64,000 nucleotides of DNA from contig JBEUKZ010000005.1 in assembly GCA_048128005.1 (NCBI GenBank), positions 124,001 to 188,000 of the forward strand, read 5' to 3'. Each line of letters opens with the position of its first letter. Position 1 is the first letter of the stretch. A program made the translations under genes and the position numbers. This stretch comes from Veleropilina oligotropha (taxonomy: Eukaryota). The notes below the pieces were generated by a model. That model saw only the letters and a program-made list of their open reading frames with translations, ran no database searches and was not told where the DNA came from. Positions 1 through 10,782 of the stretch are shown in pieces.

Positions 1-117
1 TAACATGTACAAGAGCCTGAAACCCTGTGACCATTTCTGGGATAGTTATTTTCTGTCCATCCATCGATACACGCATGTCGGGGCCAGTTCGCTTATCATC
101 AAATTGCATGTGTGGAA
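1..117 (-). CDS. exon 4 (partial) of FN3/SPRY-like gene
   Basis: Acceptor tctttattttcag; open phase-1 frame PHMQFDDKRTGPDMRVSMDGQKITIPEMVTGFQALVHV to the window edge. Confidence 0.65.
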
Positions 118-3100
118 CTGAAAATAAAGATGAGATTAACATAAAACAAGAGCATCCGAGAGGAAGCATGGTTGAGCCGCAGTGCCCACTCTCAATAAAC
201 TTAATTTTATCTTTCTAGGTTGACCGAGTCCAGAGATATATCTGTTTGTATTTTACATTTATTTGACTTTGGTGACCTTGACCTTTGACCTCATAAATCA
301 CTCAAATAGCATATATATGAAGTTTCGTGGCTACATGTTTTGAATTGACCATGCTATGCAATGTAAAGTCATCGTGGACATACACCACCACACAGGCAGA
401 CAGACAGACACACTCAATACAATAGTCTCTCCGTAAACGGCTCAACTAAATATTATCAAAATTGGATAATGCGTATCATCAGCAGTGGGAAGCGAAAAAT
501 TGGGAGCGAATGTTTACTGTTAGAAGAAGGCTGGACGAATCTGGGATATATATATATATATATATATGTGTATGTATGTATGTATGTATGTATGTGTGTA
601 TGCATGTGTATGTGTGCGTGTTTTTATTTTGATAATTATATGAATGCGTAACTTGGCTTTGTTTTAACAAATCATATATTGTTTTTGCACTGGCAACGAT
701 ATCTTGATCGTTTTCCATAGATAATCAAGTGAATATGAATTTTATACATCAATGAAAAATTCGTACCCTCACCAGGACTGGAACCTGGGTCCCTTCCTAA
801 CCGTGGAAGTGCTATGACCACTAAGCTACGAGGATACCTGATGAATTAGCACGGATTTGACATTGATATATGTGATCGATCCGCTCTGGCATGTATGTAT
901 TTATTTCGATAATTTATATATGAATGCGTAACTTGGCTTTGTTTTAACAAATCATATATTGTTTATGCACTGGCAACGATATCTTGATCGTTCTCCATAG
1001 ATAATCAAGTAAATATGAATTTCATATATATCAATAAAAAATTCGTACCCACACCAGGACTCGAACAAATTGGATCAAAAATTTTCATTGAAGAGCGCGC
1101 AACAAGATATCTCTCCATACAAAATGGACGACATGTTTCGCTTATCTTGAATCCGAAAATGGCAAAAATCGCTAAGCAGCGTGTCTTCATCATAACTAAC
1201 ATGCACATCAAATTAGATTAAAACTGTTCACTGCAGACCGCACACAAGAAATCTCTGCAGAGGAAGCGCTTGAACGATGAATAAAACATACTATAATCCC
1301 CGACTCTTGTCCGGGGATATAATTATATGATAAGGTTGCTTACTTGTGACAGTAGGCACCCTAACGGGGGGAGACTGGTCGCTTAGTTGTCCTTGCCTAG
1401 AAGCAGCTACACAGATGTCTGTTGGTTTCATGCCGCTTATGTCCTCAAGTAGGATCGATTTTGTATCTGTGCATTTTTGTTGACACAATTCATCCTGGAC
1501 ATTCCAGAAGACAATGTAGTGATCTATATTCTTCTTTGAGGTCCACTGCACAAAGACTTTATTATCGCTGCGCCCCTCTATGGCATGGCTCACTTTGGTG
1601 ATCTTTGGAATGTCTTGGATATCTGATGGAAAATAATTATGACAAAATAGTACATCTAGCAAATATCCAATTTGAATCAAATCTGATTAAACATGTTCAC
1701 TGTAGAACGCACACAAGACATCTCTCCAAACAAAATCACCGCCACGACGGCCATCTTGAATGCAAAAACGACGAAAATCATTAGGAAGCGTGTCCTTATC
1801 ATAAGTCACACGCATACCTAATTTGAATCAAAACAGTTTAAAAAACTTCACTCTACTTTCGACGTATAGCGTGCAGAAGAAATATCTCCAAAATGGTCAT
1901 CACGGCAGCCATCTTGAATCAGAAAACGACAAAAATTGTTACGTGGTGTGTCCTCATCATAAGTACCGGTAACGAGCATACATGATACTAAATTTGGATC
2001 AAATCGGATTAACATTTTTCACTGTAGAGCGTGTACAAGACATCTCTCCAATCAAAATGGCTGTCACGGCAGCCATCTTGAATCCGAAAATCATTAGGTG
2101 GCATGTCCTCATCATAACTAACGTTCATACCCAATTTTAATCAAATCGGATTAGAACTTTTCGCTGTAGAGCACACAAGAAATCCCTGCGGCGGAAGAGA
2201 CTGTTGAACGATGACTAAATCATAATATTCCCGACTATTGTCCAGGGATACAATTAACTATTGAGTAGAATAATTAACTAGCAAATCCTCGACCCTGCAT
2301 GTCGATCGGTGTATCCCCTCCCATGGCAGCCAATCTTAAACCCGAAAACGACAAATCTCATTATATGTGTCGTTACCTCATCATTGCTAATGTGGAAATC
2401 TAATTTGAATCAAATCAGACACGAACTTTTCACTGTAGAGCGTGCACAAGAAATCTCTACAAATAAAATGGCCACCATGGCAGCCATCTTGAATCTGAAA
2501 ACAATGACAATATTTAGGCGTTGTCTCCTCATCATATCAAACGTGTATATAAAATTGCAATCAAATCGCATATGAACTGATCACGAGTACTGTAGAGCAT
2601 GTATAAGAAAACACTTCAAACAAAATGGTCGCCACGGCAGTCATCTTGAATGCGAACACGATGATAATGGCTAGGCGACGTCTCCTCAACATGTATTTCA
2701 AATCTGAAACAAATCGGATTAGAACTGTTCACTGTAGAGTGTGCCCAAGAAATCTCTTCAAACAAAATGGTCGCCATGCGTCTTCATCATATTAACGAGC
2801 AAACCGCATTTGAATGAAATCGGATTAGAACTGTTGACTGTAGAGCGCACACAATAATTCTCTGTGGTGGTAGATGCGGCCGAATGATGACTAAACCATA
2901 GTATCCCTGCTTATTGTCCGCCGCCGGGGATACAATTGCTAGTATATGAAACACGAACACAGTTAGTATCACAGATGCAAATGACAATGTTATTTTCCTT
3001 AGTTTATCAGAGAACACTTGCCTCACATTCATCAATTTACTACTGTACTGATCAATGATATTTATCCGGCTAAATTACGTACGAAACCCTAGTGGTTATA

Positions 3101-4468
3101 TGAATAACAGATCATTCTACAACATGCATAAAATTACCCTTCGGTTTGCGCACTGCAGAGTATTCGCTCTTCTTGCTTCCCTCTGATTTATCGTGTCTGG
3201 TGCCCTTTGTTACCCCCCTCATCGGTGATCTGTCTCTATGGATGTCCTGTTTTAAAGGAGTCCTAGTAAACAAAAATATATGCAATGATAATAATTGAAC
3301 TCGGCTCACATGGATATTAATTTTAGTTTATTATGTATTTGGTATTTCCCAATAGTCTCTAAAGCAGACTCTGAAAACGCTGGCTCGCTTGTGCTAACTA
3401 ACAGGAGTGGGTTCGAATCTAGTTCGAGGCAATGACATTCTTTGTTCTGTTATCAATCGCAATTGTACATAACTGGCTGGAGAGGGCACTGCCAGGTTTC
3501 CAAAGGTGACAGGGCTTACCTTCTTTGATAATATTGTCATGTCATGCTTGAACCTGGAGGCTGTAAATCTACAGGATATTGAGCATCAATCAATCAATCA
3601 AGCATTCATTTTGAATCATTTAGATCGTTGAATTGTCAGCTCTGGTCAGCACACGACCATACGAAGTCTCTAGAACCATTGGTTAAAGCTTTCACTCAAA
3701 TTAACATATTGATAGTGCTATTCGCATGAGTTGGTTCAAATCATATCATCAAAGACTTTGAGGAGATAACAATTACATAGAGGGTATTTTATGCTATGTC
3801 AGAAATATTAAATATATTTTGTCGAGCGAAATATATCTTAGCGGATATCTTAAGTGCATCCGCTAGGATATAGTTCACGAGACAAAATATATTTATTATT
3901 TCTGACATAACATTCAATACTCTATTTATTATATAAATGGGCTAGTTATCAATTAAATGATGTTAACATTGTATAACCATGTTGATTTTTGTGAAAGAAC
4001 GAACGTTTGCAATGTTGAAAAGTATTTCGCAATTAAAACATCACCATGGACAATGTCGCCAAAGACACCGTTTCTCTGACGTCACGTAATGGCGCATTTT
4101 TGATAATTTCACTCACGAGAGTGAAATTATAGATTGATCAGTGAATTACCATTACATTTATGCCATTATTTCATGAATAACAGCACCATTCATGTAATAA
4201 ATAACACATCCCCAAGACTTATTTTTGGACAGGTGGGTTTTCCCCTCACGATAATATGGACATTTCCTCGTATGAGCGTACAAGATGTTGACTGGGACAT
4301 TCAAGACGATCGTATGCAATCTTTAGAACCGGATCTTGTCACGAAAAGTACACACAAAATACAGTACCTTGAGGTTTTTCTTTTGGTTTTGCTCGCTGAT
4401 GTAGGTTCTATTTTCGATAATCCCTCGTCGCTCCCTGTAGATGCGACACATTTGCTTCTCGTCAGCAT
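1..4468 (-). CDS. 5' part of a multi-exon gene: basic N-terminus + fibronectin type III-like domain + start of a SPRY/B30.2- or NHR-like domain (runs off left edge)
   Basis: Four phase-compatible GT-AG exons: 4468-4368 (ATG in ACCGCCATG context, ends phase 2), 3262-3138 (2->1), 1622-1344 (1->1), 117-<1. Spliced protein: MLTRSKCVASTG...SKTKRKTSR|TPLKQDIH...AVRKPK|DIQDIPKITKV...VFVQWTSKKNIDHYIVFW...ICVAASRQGQLSDQSPPVRVPTVT|IPHMQFDDKRTGPDMRVSMDGQKIT. Domain names are from motif resemblance only. Confidence 0.7.
1065..2935. mobile_element. non-autonomous Helentron/HINE-like elements with ~145-bp degenerate tandem core repeats
   Basis: Recurrent core aaaatgg..gccatcttgaat..gaaaacg..gtcctcatcata..aaatcggatt..ttcactgtagagc; blocks end in a ccccgact..gtcc.gggata hairpin (about 1297-1318, 2228-2250, 2903-2931). 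Confidence 0.5.
1344..1622 (-). CDS. exon 3, FN3-like domain
   Basis: 279-nt symmetric phase 1-1 exon (ttccatcag / gtaagc) with FN3-type W and Y and a terminal V-A-A...G..S..S pattern. Confidence 0.75.
3138..3262 (-). CDS. exon 2 of FN3/SPRY-like gene
   Basis: Acceptor tttttgtttactag, donor gtaatt; phases match both neighbours. Confidence 0.65.
3779..4200. mobile_element. non-coding foldback element (Crypton-like architecture)
   Basis: ~145-bp imperfect hairpin at 3779-3923, followed by a segment bounded by inverted ttattatataaatgg / ccattcatgtaataa. Confidence 0.45.
4368..4468 (-). CDS. first coding exon of FN3/SPRY-like gene
   Basis: Exon begins at 4492 after ttccag; Kozak ATG at 4468; donor AAG|gtactg; conserved in the inverted copy at 63760-63860. 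Confidence 0.7.
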
Positions 4469-4952
4469 GGCGGTATTCTCAAAATCACTAGGCTGGAAAT
4501 GAAGTTAATTATGCTGAAAGAGAGAGAGATCGTATATTTAAGTAATAGAAGATGACAAGTCTCCATTGATGGCAGATATTATATAGCTCATGTATCTCTC
4601 GTACGGTTTAGTTCATGCAATGCACAGGTCGTTTACTGCTCATACGAGATCTGATTGTGGGTGAACAACACCAGACAAAGTCATATAGAAAGCAGAACAA
4701 CCAATTGTTTACACAGTAAAACGGACGCCATATTTGTTTGAACAATATTATTATTAACTCTATTCCATTTCAAGACCTACGCTAATTTAATACAATCGCG
4801 ACCGTAGGATAACTTTCTATTTGCGGATGTTCAGATTGTAGCGTTCATTCAGGCTAGATTCCTTTAAGTGTGTCATGCTGGCTTAGTGTAATCGGCAGAG
4901 CGAACTTTGTTGAGAACAGTAAATCAGACTATGCAATGGCAAACAAAACACC

Positions 4953-5190
4953 ATGCTACACCCATCCCTGGGGACACGCACAAGAGGCCACAGTCTAAAG
5001 CTGCAAGTACAACGCCAGTCTGGTATCAGGAAGCACTACTTCACCAGCAGAGTCACTTCTGTTTGGAAGAGCCTGAGCCAGGATACTGTAAATGCGGCAA
5101 CGGTCAACGCCTTCAAAGGCTGTCTATCAAGAGAATGGCTGCAGCATCCCAACTTATACGGTTACCAGTTTTCCTATCAGTGGCGCACGC
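4953..5190 (+). mobile_element. CR1-type LINE 3' fragment
   Basis: TRGHSLKL...RKHYFTSRVTSVWKSL...VNAFK is typical of a CR1 ORF2 C-terminus; duplicated at about 63076-63320 (-). Confidence 0.7.
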
Positions 5191-6021
5191 ACCACCCCCG
5201 TCTCATGCATCGCGCCACTATATATGAAGTAGAAACTGAACTCAACAAAGACGAAGAGATTCAAACTACCTAGGTAATGGGTCTCAATACCCTAATGGCG
5301 TACCAAATGACCCTTACTAAAGGTATGTTATTAAAGGTAAATAAAACGAAACGAACATTCCGGTATAATATAATAATTATATATATATAATTATATATAG
5401 GCCTATCGCTTTTGTTTAGTTACGTAAAATTCATCAATTCATATGCATACATGTACATACATGATATTATTTAAACCGGGTGTTCTGATTGCGATAAGGA
5501 TGAAAAATTACCGAACTTGGTGATCATAAAATGATAAAGCAAAGTTACCAGCCAAGCAACATAGCGAAATCGGTTTTTGTGCATGTTTACTTTTTAGATG
5601 ATGCGGTGCAAGGAAGCAGTTTGGAAAAAACCTCGTCGTCCAATGCTTCTTTGGATATATAATATTATTTTAAGATATGTAGGCTACTAGCTTCCCCAAT
5701 TACGCAAAACATAGTTCCGTTATTTGCACTTGGTAAAATAATATTGTATATATATATGTACTGTATTACCAAAAAGTGACATCTCACATGTTTAATGTCG
5801 ACCCTGTTACGGTGCGCTAGTTGTGTATGCAACCGGTGGTATAATTACAAAGTATACCGTTCCAGGTATCCTATATTACAGCAATTTTGTTTTAACGGTA
5901 TTCAAAATTAATACGTCTACGGTTTACCTATTAACATGGGTTTTCACGATATCGCGGTACTTAACTTTTATCGGAAATAAAGGGAAATATTTATTACAGG
6001 TAAAGTTGTAATATTGCAATA

Positions 6022-9000
6022 CTTCTACTTCTTCTACATGATAATATCCGCCTTCAACAAGTTGAAGATTATGATATGTGGAAGATTTGCGCAAGATTGG
6101 GAAAATAATAAAGATTATAAATGATGAGTATTTACAGATGATATAAAAAAGATAGATGACAGGTTAGATTGCATTTGGAAGGTTTCAGGAATTTTGATTA
6201 AGGCACACTTAAAGGCATCAATTTTGGTAATTTCACAAATATCAGGTGGGAGGGAGTTCCAATCTACTATGGTTCGAGGGAAAAAGGACTGTTTACGGAC
6301 TTGAGTTTTACATGAAGGTATCTGAAAGGAGTGAGCGTGGGCATGCCTAGTAAGACGTGTTGGGGATATTAAAATATCTTTGGATATGGCCATTTGGTTA
6401 TGAACAATCTTATAGAATGTAGTGAGGCGCATATCCTTACGTCGTTTTTTTAGTGTAGGCCACCCTAAATTGCTCAGCATGTCGCCAACACTGGACACAT
6501 TACGGTGTCTGTTTGTGACATACCGTGCCGCCCTACGTTGTACCATTTCTATCTGGTGGATGTCAGTCTTGGTGTAGGGATCCCACACAGTACATGCGTA
6601 TTCGAGGGATGGTCTAACCAGGGCCTTGTATGCATTTTCCTTTAGGGATGTGGAGCCTATTTTTAGGTTTCTCCTAAGGAAGCCCAACGTGGAGTTGGCT
6701 TTTGCACACACATTGTGTATATGAGTGTCCCATTTCAGATTTGACTGGATGTTGAGGCCTAAATATTTCACTTCATCTACATGTGGAAGGGGATGATCAT
6801 GTAATGCATACGTAAATTTAATGGGGGATTTATTCCTCGTGATGGACATAACATTACACTTATCTGGATGAAATGACATTTTCCACTTTTCCTCCCATAT
6901 ACCCAGTAGGTCTAGATCTGCTTGTAGTTTTCTAGCATCACTATTTGATTTGACAGCCAAGTAGGCAACGGTATCGTCCGCAAAAAGGCGGACGGTTGCA
7001 TCCAGACCCACTGGTATATCATTGATGTAGAAAAGGAATAGTGTTGGGCCGATGACCGAGCCCTGTGGGACCCCACACATGACATTCACGTACTCAGACT
7101 TCTCACCTTCAACAAGGACAGACTGTGTCCTGTCTGATAAGAACGCTTCAATCCAGGTGGTCACTGTATTACTAATACCATAGTGTCTCAGCTTATGAAT
7201 AAGGAGGGAATGGCTCACCTTATCAAATGCTTTTGAAAAGTCCATGACGAGAATGTCTGTCTGGGTGCCCTTGTCCATGTTATTGGAGACATCATCAATA
7301 AATTCGATCAGTTGGCTTTCGCATGATCTTGCTTTGCGAAAGCCATGTTGGAGTGGGTATAAAATATTTTGATGATCTGCATGTGCCATGATCTTACTGA
7401 CAATGATGTGCTCCATGATTTTACTGCATATGCACGTTAGTGAAATTGGTCTATAGTTCTCAGGATTGAACTTAGGACCCTTTTTATATATGGGAGAGAT
7501 ATGGGCTGTTTTCCAGTCTGATGGTACTTTCCCTTGTGTGAGAGACCGTTGATATATAATGGTAAGAATGGGTGATATTTCATTTGCTAACTCCTTTAGC
7601 ATTTTTGGTTTCAGGTTGTCAGGACCGGCTGCTTTATTAGGCTTTAGATTTTTTAATAAAATGTTGATGCCCTGTTCTGTGATGTTGAAATCTGGCATGA
7701 CCGGGTGTTGGGGTTTGGAGGAAATTTTGCATCGTTCTTCAAATTGGATGGGCTTAAGTTTCTCAGATGTTGAGAAAACTGACTGGAATTGACTGTTTAA
7801 GGCTTGGGCCTTGCTGGCTGGGTCATGGACAAGTTTCCCATTTTGTTTCAGAGAGGAAATACCTTCGAAATCAGTTTTTTTGTGTTTAATGTAAGACCAA
7901 AATCTCTTCATTGTACTATAGTCCGAATCAGTTTCTGGAGGAGTGATGATCCCCTCAATGTACTGCCAATAAGCCTGTCGCAGTAATTTTTGTACATGAT
8001 GTTTAAGTTCTCTATATTTAGATTTCATGTTCGTGTCCCCGGATTTCTTGCACCTTTTATATAACGTGTCTCTTTTCCTCATGAGTTTTCTGATGGTAGG
8101 GGTTACCCAGGGCTGACTGGGTTTAGATTTGATGTTTTTATGAGGAATATGATCTTGGATGGATTTACATAGCCTCGATTTAAATAGTTCCCACATGGTA
8201 TTGACATCCTGGTCAGGATCAGCAGTGATGGTATTAAGGAGGTCCGATAGGTCTGCTCTGATACTGTTCCAGTTTGCTTTTTTGTAAATGGGAATGTTCC
8301 GGGGTTTTACCGGGGCTCTTTGCGGTGCAATGTCAAATTCGACAAATGGAATGTCATGATCAGAGATACCCGGGATGACCTCGGTTCGGGTGATCTGGTT
8401 TGGAAGATTTGTGATCATAAGGTCAAGGGTGTTGTCATGCCTTGTGGGTTGATCAATGATCTGTACTAGCCCAGTATCATCCAAGAGGTTTACAAAGTTG
8501 TAGTGATTTTGGACATTACATGTTTTGGGTTTGATGATTTTCCGTTCCCAGTCCCACCCTGGTAGATTAAAATCACCTCCAATAAGGAGTGCTGCGTTGT
8601 TTAGTGCAGTTGCTCTCCTAAGTGATTTATCAAGGCCCATGTAGCTAGCCTCGTTGGATGTTTTGGGGTTATAGTAAGAGCATACATACAGGGTTTTCTT
8701 GCCTACAATATTAATTTTGGCCCATATTATTTCTGTGGTGGTATCATCTGGGGAGATGTTTTGGACCTCATCGCTAATGTAGTCATTTTTTATTGCTATG
8801 AGGACGCCCCCACCATCTTTGTCATTAGCCTGTTTTGTCCTGTCATTGCGGTATATTTTGAAACCGTCAGGAAATACTTTAGCATTGTGAATACTTGGGT
8901 TTAACCATGTTTCAGTACCAATAATGATGTCAGGTTTGGTACTCTCAATAAGGTTGTTTAGAAGATGCTGTTTATTTTTGATGGACTGAAAATTGATGTT

Positions 9001-10058
9001 AAGAATCCTGAGAGGCTTGGTCTTGCCTTTGATGTACCTCTTTCTGTTTATTCTGACTGGTGTTGATGAGTGGAGAGGTTTGATGTGTGCATCATTACCG
9101 GTACTATCAAAGGATCCTATACTGGCAAAGGTGTCGTTACCGGTATTAGAATTTAGGCTATCAAATCTGTTGGACGTGCTAAGCCCGTGTAGATCAAAAA
9201 GAATATTACTATAGTTTGGTTGATCACAAACCAGACAATGCCAGCTGACCATGCTATCGTTAAGATCAAGGTATGTCTGACTGTGAATGCTCTGGCAATC
9301 GACGTGGAACCATTGTTCGCATGTTTCACACACTATTCCCTTGTGTTCCCATGTAACTGTTCTGTCACAGGTACCACACATACATTTTGTGGTATCATTG
9401 CTAGGACCGGGGTTTACTTCTATGTCATTACATTGCAGTATGACAAGCAGGAGCAATTTTATAGCTAGCCTGCAGGGTTTGTACTTTGGTGGTTGTTTAC
9501 TGGGTTTAAATAGCTTGTAGAGTAGGTGTTTACAAGCTATACTTATTGGTTTATCAACCGGACATTTTAGTGCTTTTGGTGGAATTTCTAGATTACTAGC
9601 ACAGAATTTGGTTTCAATATGTAATAACGATTTACTTTCAATTTCCCAATCGGGGTGGGATATTACTATGCCAAGCTGTGCAGCATGCACGTATTCGTAT
9701 AAGGGAGCCTCATTTTGTGAATTAAAGGCTGGGTAGTTTGAATCATTGGTAGGGCATATGGCAAGAATCGCGAGTACTAGCCCTAAATTGGTACACAACA
9801 TTGTGCTGCGAGGATATAAAACAGTACCTTGTAGCCTTACACCTACCAGTTGTATAAATGAAGTCGTGCTCGATAACGGGCGTGCTATACAAGTTAAACT
9901 ACAGAATTTAGTAAAAAATGATATTGATCCTGATCCAATAGGTTCACTGGATATACGCGGAACACTGATTTCTTCCAATTGATTAAAGTAAAGTGGATTA
10001 AGCCTAAAAACGAGTTTTTTGAGAGCAGGATTTACAAAACGATATCAATCTCCACGCA
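6022..10058 (-). mobile_element. apparently full-length single-ORF non-LTR retrotransposon (CR1/L2-group LINE)
   Basis: 7-bp direct repeat tgcaata at 6015-6021 and 10059-10065; 3' stem-loop (cttcaacttgttgaag) and AGAAG-type tail; intact ORF. Confidence 0.85.
6115..9978 (-). CDS. LINE polyprotein: N-terminal peptide, 2A-like motif, PHD finger, AP endonuclease, reverse transcriptase
   Basis: Uninterrupted 1287-codon frame (first ATG at 9801). Motifs: DIEVNPGP; CGTC..CETC..H..C..WHCLVC (PHD); GTETWL, GDFN, SDH (APE); DFSKAFD, GVPQGS, LFADD (RT). Confidence 0.95.
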   Translation of the reverse strand: MEEISVPRISSEPIGSGSISFFTKFCSLTCIARPLSSTTSFIQLVGVRLQGTVLYPRSTMLCTNLGLVLAILAICPTNDSNYPAFNSQNEAPLYEYVHAAQLGIVISHPDWEIESKSLLHIETKFCASNLEIPPKALKCPVDKPISIACKHLLYKLFKPSKQPPKYKPCRLAIKLLLLVILQCNDIEVNPGPSNDTTKCMCGTCDRTVTWEHKGIVCETCEQWFHVDCQSIHSQTYLDLNDSMVSWHCLVCDQPNYSNILFDLHGLSTSNRFDSLNSNTGNDTFASIGSFDSTGNDAHIKPLHSSTPVRINRKRYIKGKTKPLRILNINFQSIKNKQHLLNNLIESTKPDIIIGTETWLNPSIHNAKVFPDGFKIYRNDRTKQANDKDGGGVLIAIKNDYISDEVQNISPDDTTTEIIWAKINIVGKKTLYVCSYYNPKTSNEASYMGLDKSLRRATALNNAALLIGGDFNLPGWDWERKIIKPKTCNVQNHYNFVNLLDDTGLVQIIDQPTRHDNTLDLMITNLPNQITRTEVIPGISDHDIPFVEFDIAPQRAPVKPRNIPIYKKANWNSIRADLSDLLNTITADPDQDVNTMWELFKSRLCKSIQDHIPHKNIKSKPSQPWVTPTIRKLMRKRDTLYKRCKKSGDTNMKSKYRELKHHVQKLLRQAYWQYIEGIITPPETDSDYSTMKRFWSYIKHKKTDFEGISSLKQNGKLVHDPASKAQALNSQFQSVFSTSEKLKPIQFEERCKISSKPQHPVMPDFNITEQGINILLKNLKPNKAAGPDNLKPKMLKELANEISPILTIIYQRSLTQGKVPSDWKTAHISPIYKKGPKFNPENYRPISLTCICSKIMEHIIVSKIMAHADHQNILYPLQHGFRKARSCESQLIEFIDDVSNNMDKGTQTDILVMDFSKAFDKVSHSLLIHKLRHYGISNTVTTWIEAFLSDRTQSVLVEGEKSEYVNVMCGVPQGSVIGPTLFLFYINDIPVGLDATVRLFADDTVAYLAVKSNSDARKLQADLDLLGIWEEKWKMSFHPDKCNVMSITRNKSPIKFTYALHDHPLPHVDEVKYLGLNIQSNLKWDTHIHNVCAKANSTLGFLRRNLKIGSTSLKENAYKALVRPSLEYACTVWDPYTKTDIHQIEMVQRRAARYVTNRHRNVSSVGDMLSNLGWPTLKKRRKDMRLTTFYKIVHNQMAISKDILISPTRLTRHAHAHSFQIPSCKTQVRKQSFFPRTIVDWNSLPPDICEITKIDAFKCALIKIPETFQMQSNLSSIFFISSVNTHHL

Positions 10059-10628
10059 TGCAATAGTGAGTGGTTATTGTTAAACTCTGCATATAGGATC
10101 AAGAATAATTTTTGGCCTGCTGATCGGTGGGAGTTATATCACCCGGAGCGTCGTCAGGCGGCAGAACCCTTACAATCTGATCCATCAACCGGGCATGTTT
10201 GCTAGTAGACGCCACTGTAATGTAAGTTCCAAAATCATTCTTCGGATTTTATTACAAGTGAAATGTATGCATCCTGTCTTATATATCAGTATAATAATAT
10301 CAATTATCCTAACCATCACAAAATAACGTGTATATTTAAAATTAAGCTAGAATTTTCATATACGTATCTGCTAGGACTGCTTACAAAATGTCCGTGTGTT
10401 TATGCTTGTTTAAACGAAGAGACAATTGTACTGGAACATTTTAAAGAGATTGTTGACGGACACGATTGTATTACCGAATTAAAGTCCGTCAACATATTGA
10501 ATTAGGTAACAATCTAATGCATGCGCTACGTTCCTTATACGTCATCATGAAGCTAGGATTTAGCTGATGCTTTCTGAAGTTTATTTTCTGGTAAGTGCTG
10601 TACAAGGCGTTATTGATCCCGGTCCTAC

Positions 10629-10782
10629 CAACCATCCGCCTCCCTCCGAAGTCATATCGCAGTAGACGTGCAGCTCGTGGAGGAGACCCCCCGGGTGGAT
10701 CGCGTAGACCCCACTCTTCATGGAGCCCCTCATCATGATGTCATGGCAGTCCCGGGGCGGAGTGCTCTCTGTGGAGGAAAGT
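10629..10782 (-). CDS. fibrinogen-related domain (FReD) first exon, orphan within this window
   Basis: PRDCHDI...SGVYAIHP....VYCDMTSEGGGWL between tctgcag and gtagga; this is the usual FReD intron position. Confidence 0.75.

Larger units (their letters stand above)
4228..5952. repeat. left arm of inverted segmental duplication (partner 60594-64000)
   Basis: Colinear reverse-complement match: 4228 pairs with 64000 and about 5952 with about 60594. Confidence 0.9.

Noticed and set aside
763..837. tRNA gene on the minus strand
   Set aside because: Cloverleaf-like, but the T-loop is degenerate, U33 is missing, and it sits in a locally duplicated repeat. More likely a tRNA-derived repeat, as is the one near 55150-55220.
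4134..4502. 122-aa plus-strand ORF that appears conserved at 63726-63995
   Set aside because: The similarity comes from the DNA duplication; the supported coding exon is on the opposite strand.
1344..10782. Joining the FReD exon to the FN3 exons as a tenascin-like gene
   Set aside because: Domain order is reversed, the FReD is incomplete, and the FN3 gene has its own Kozak ATG exon.
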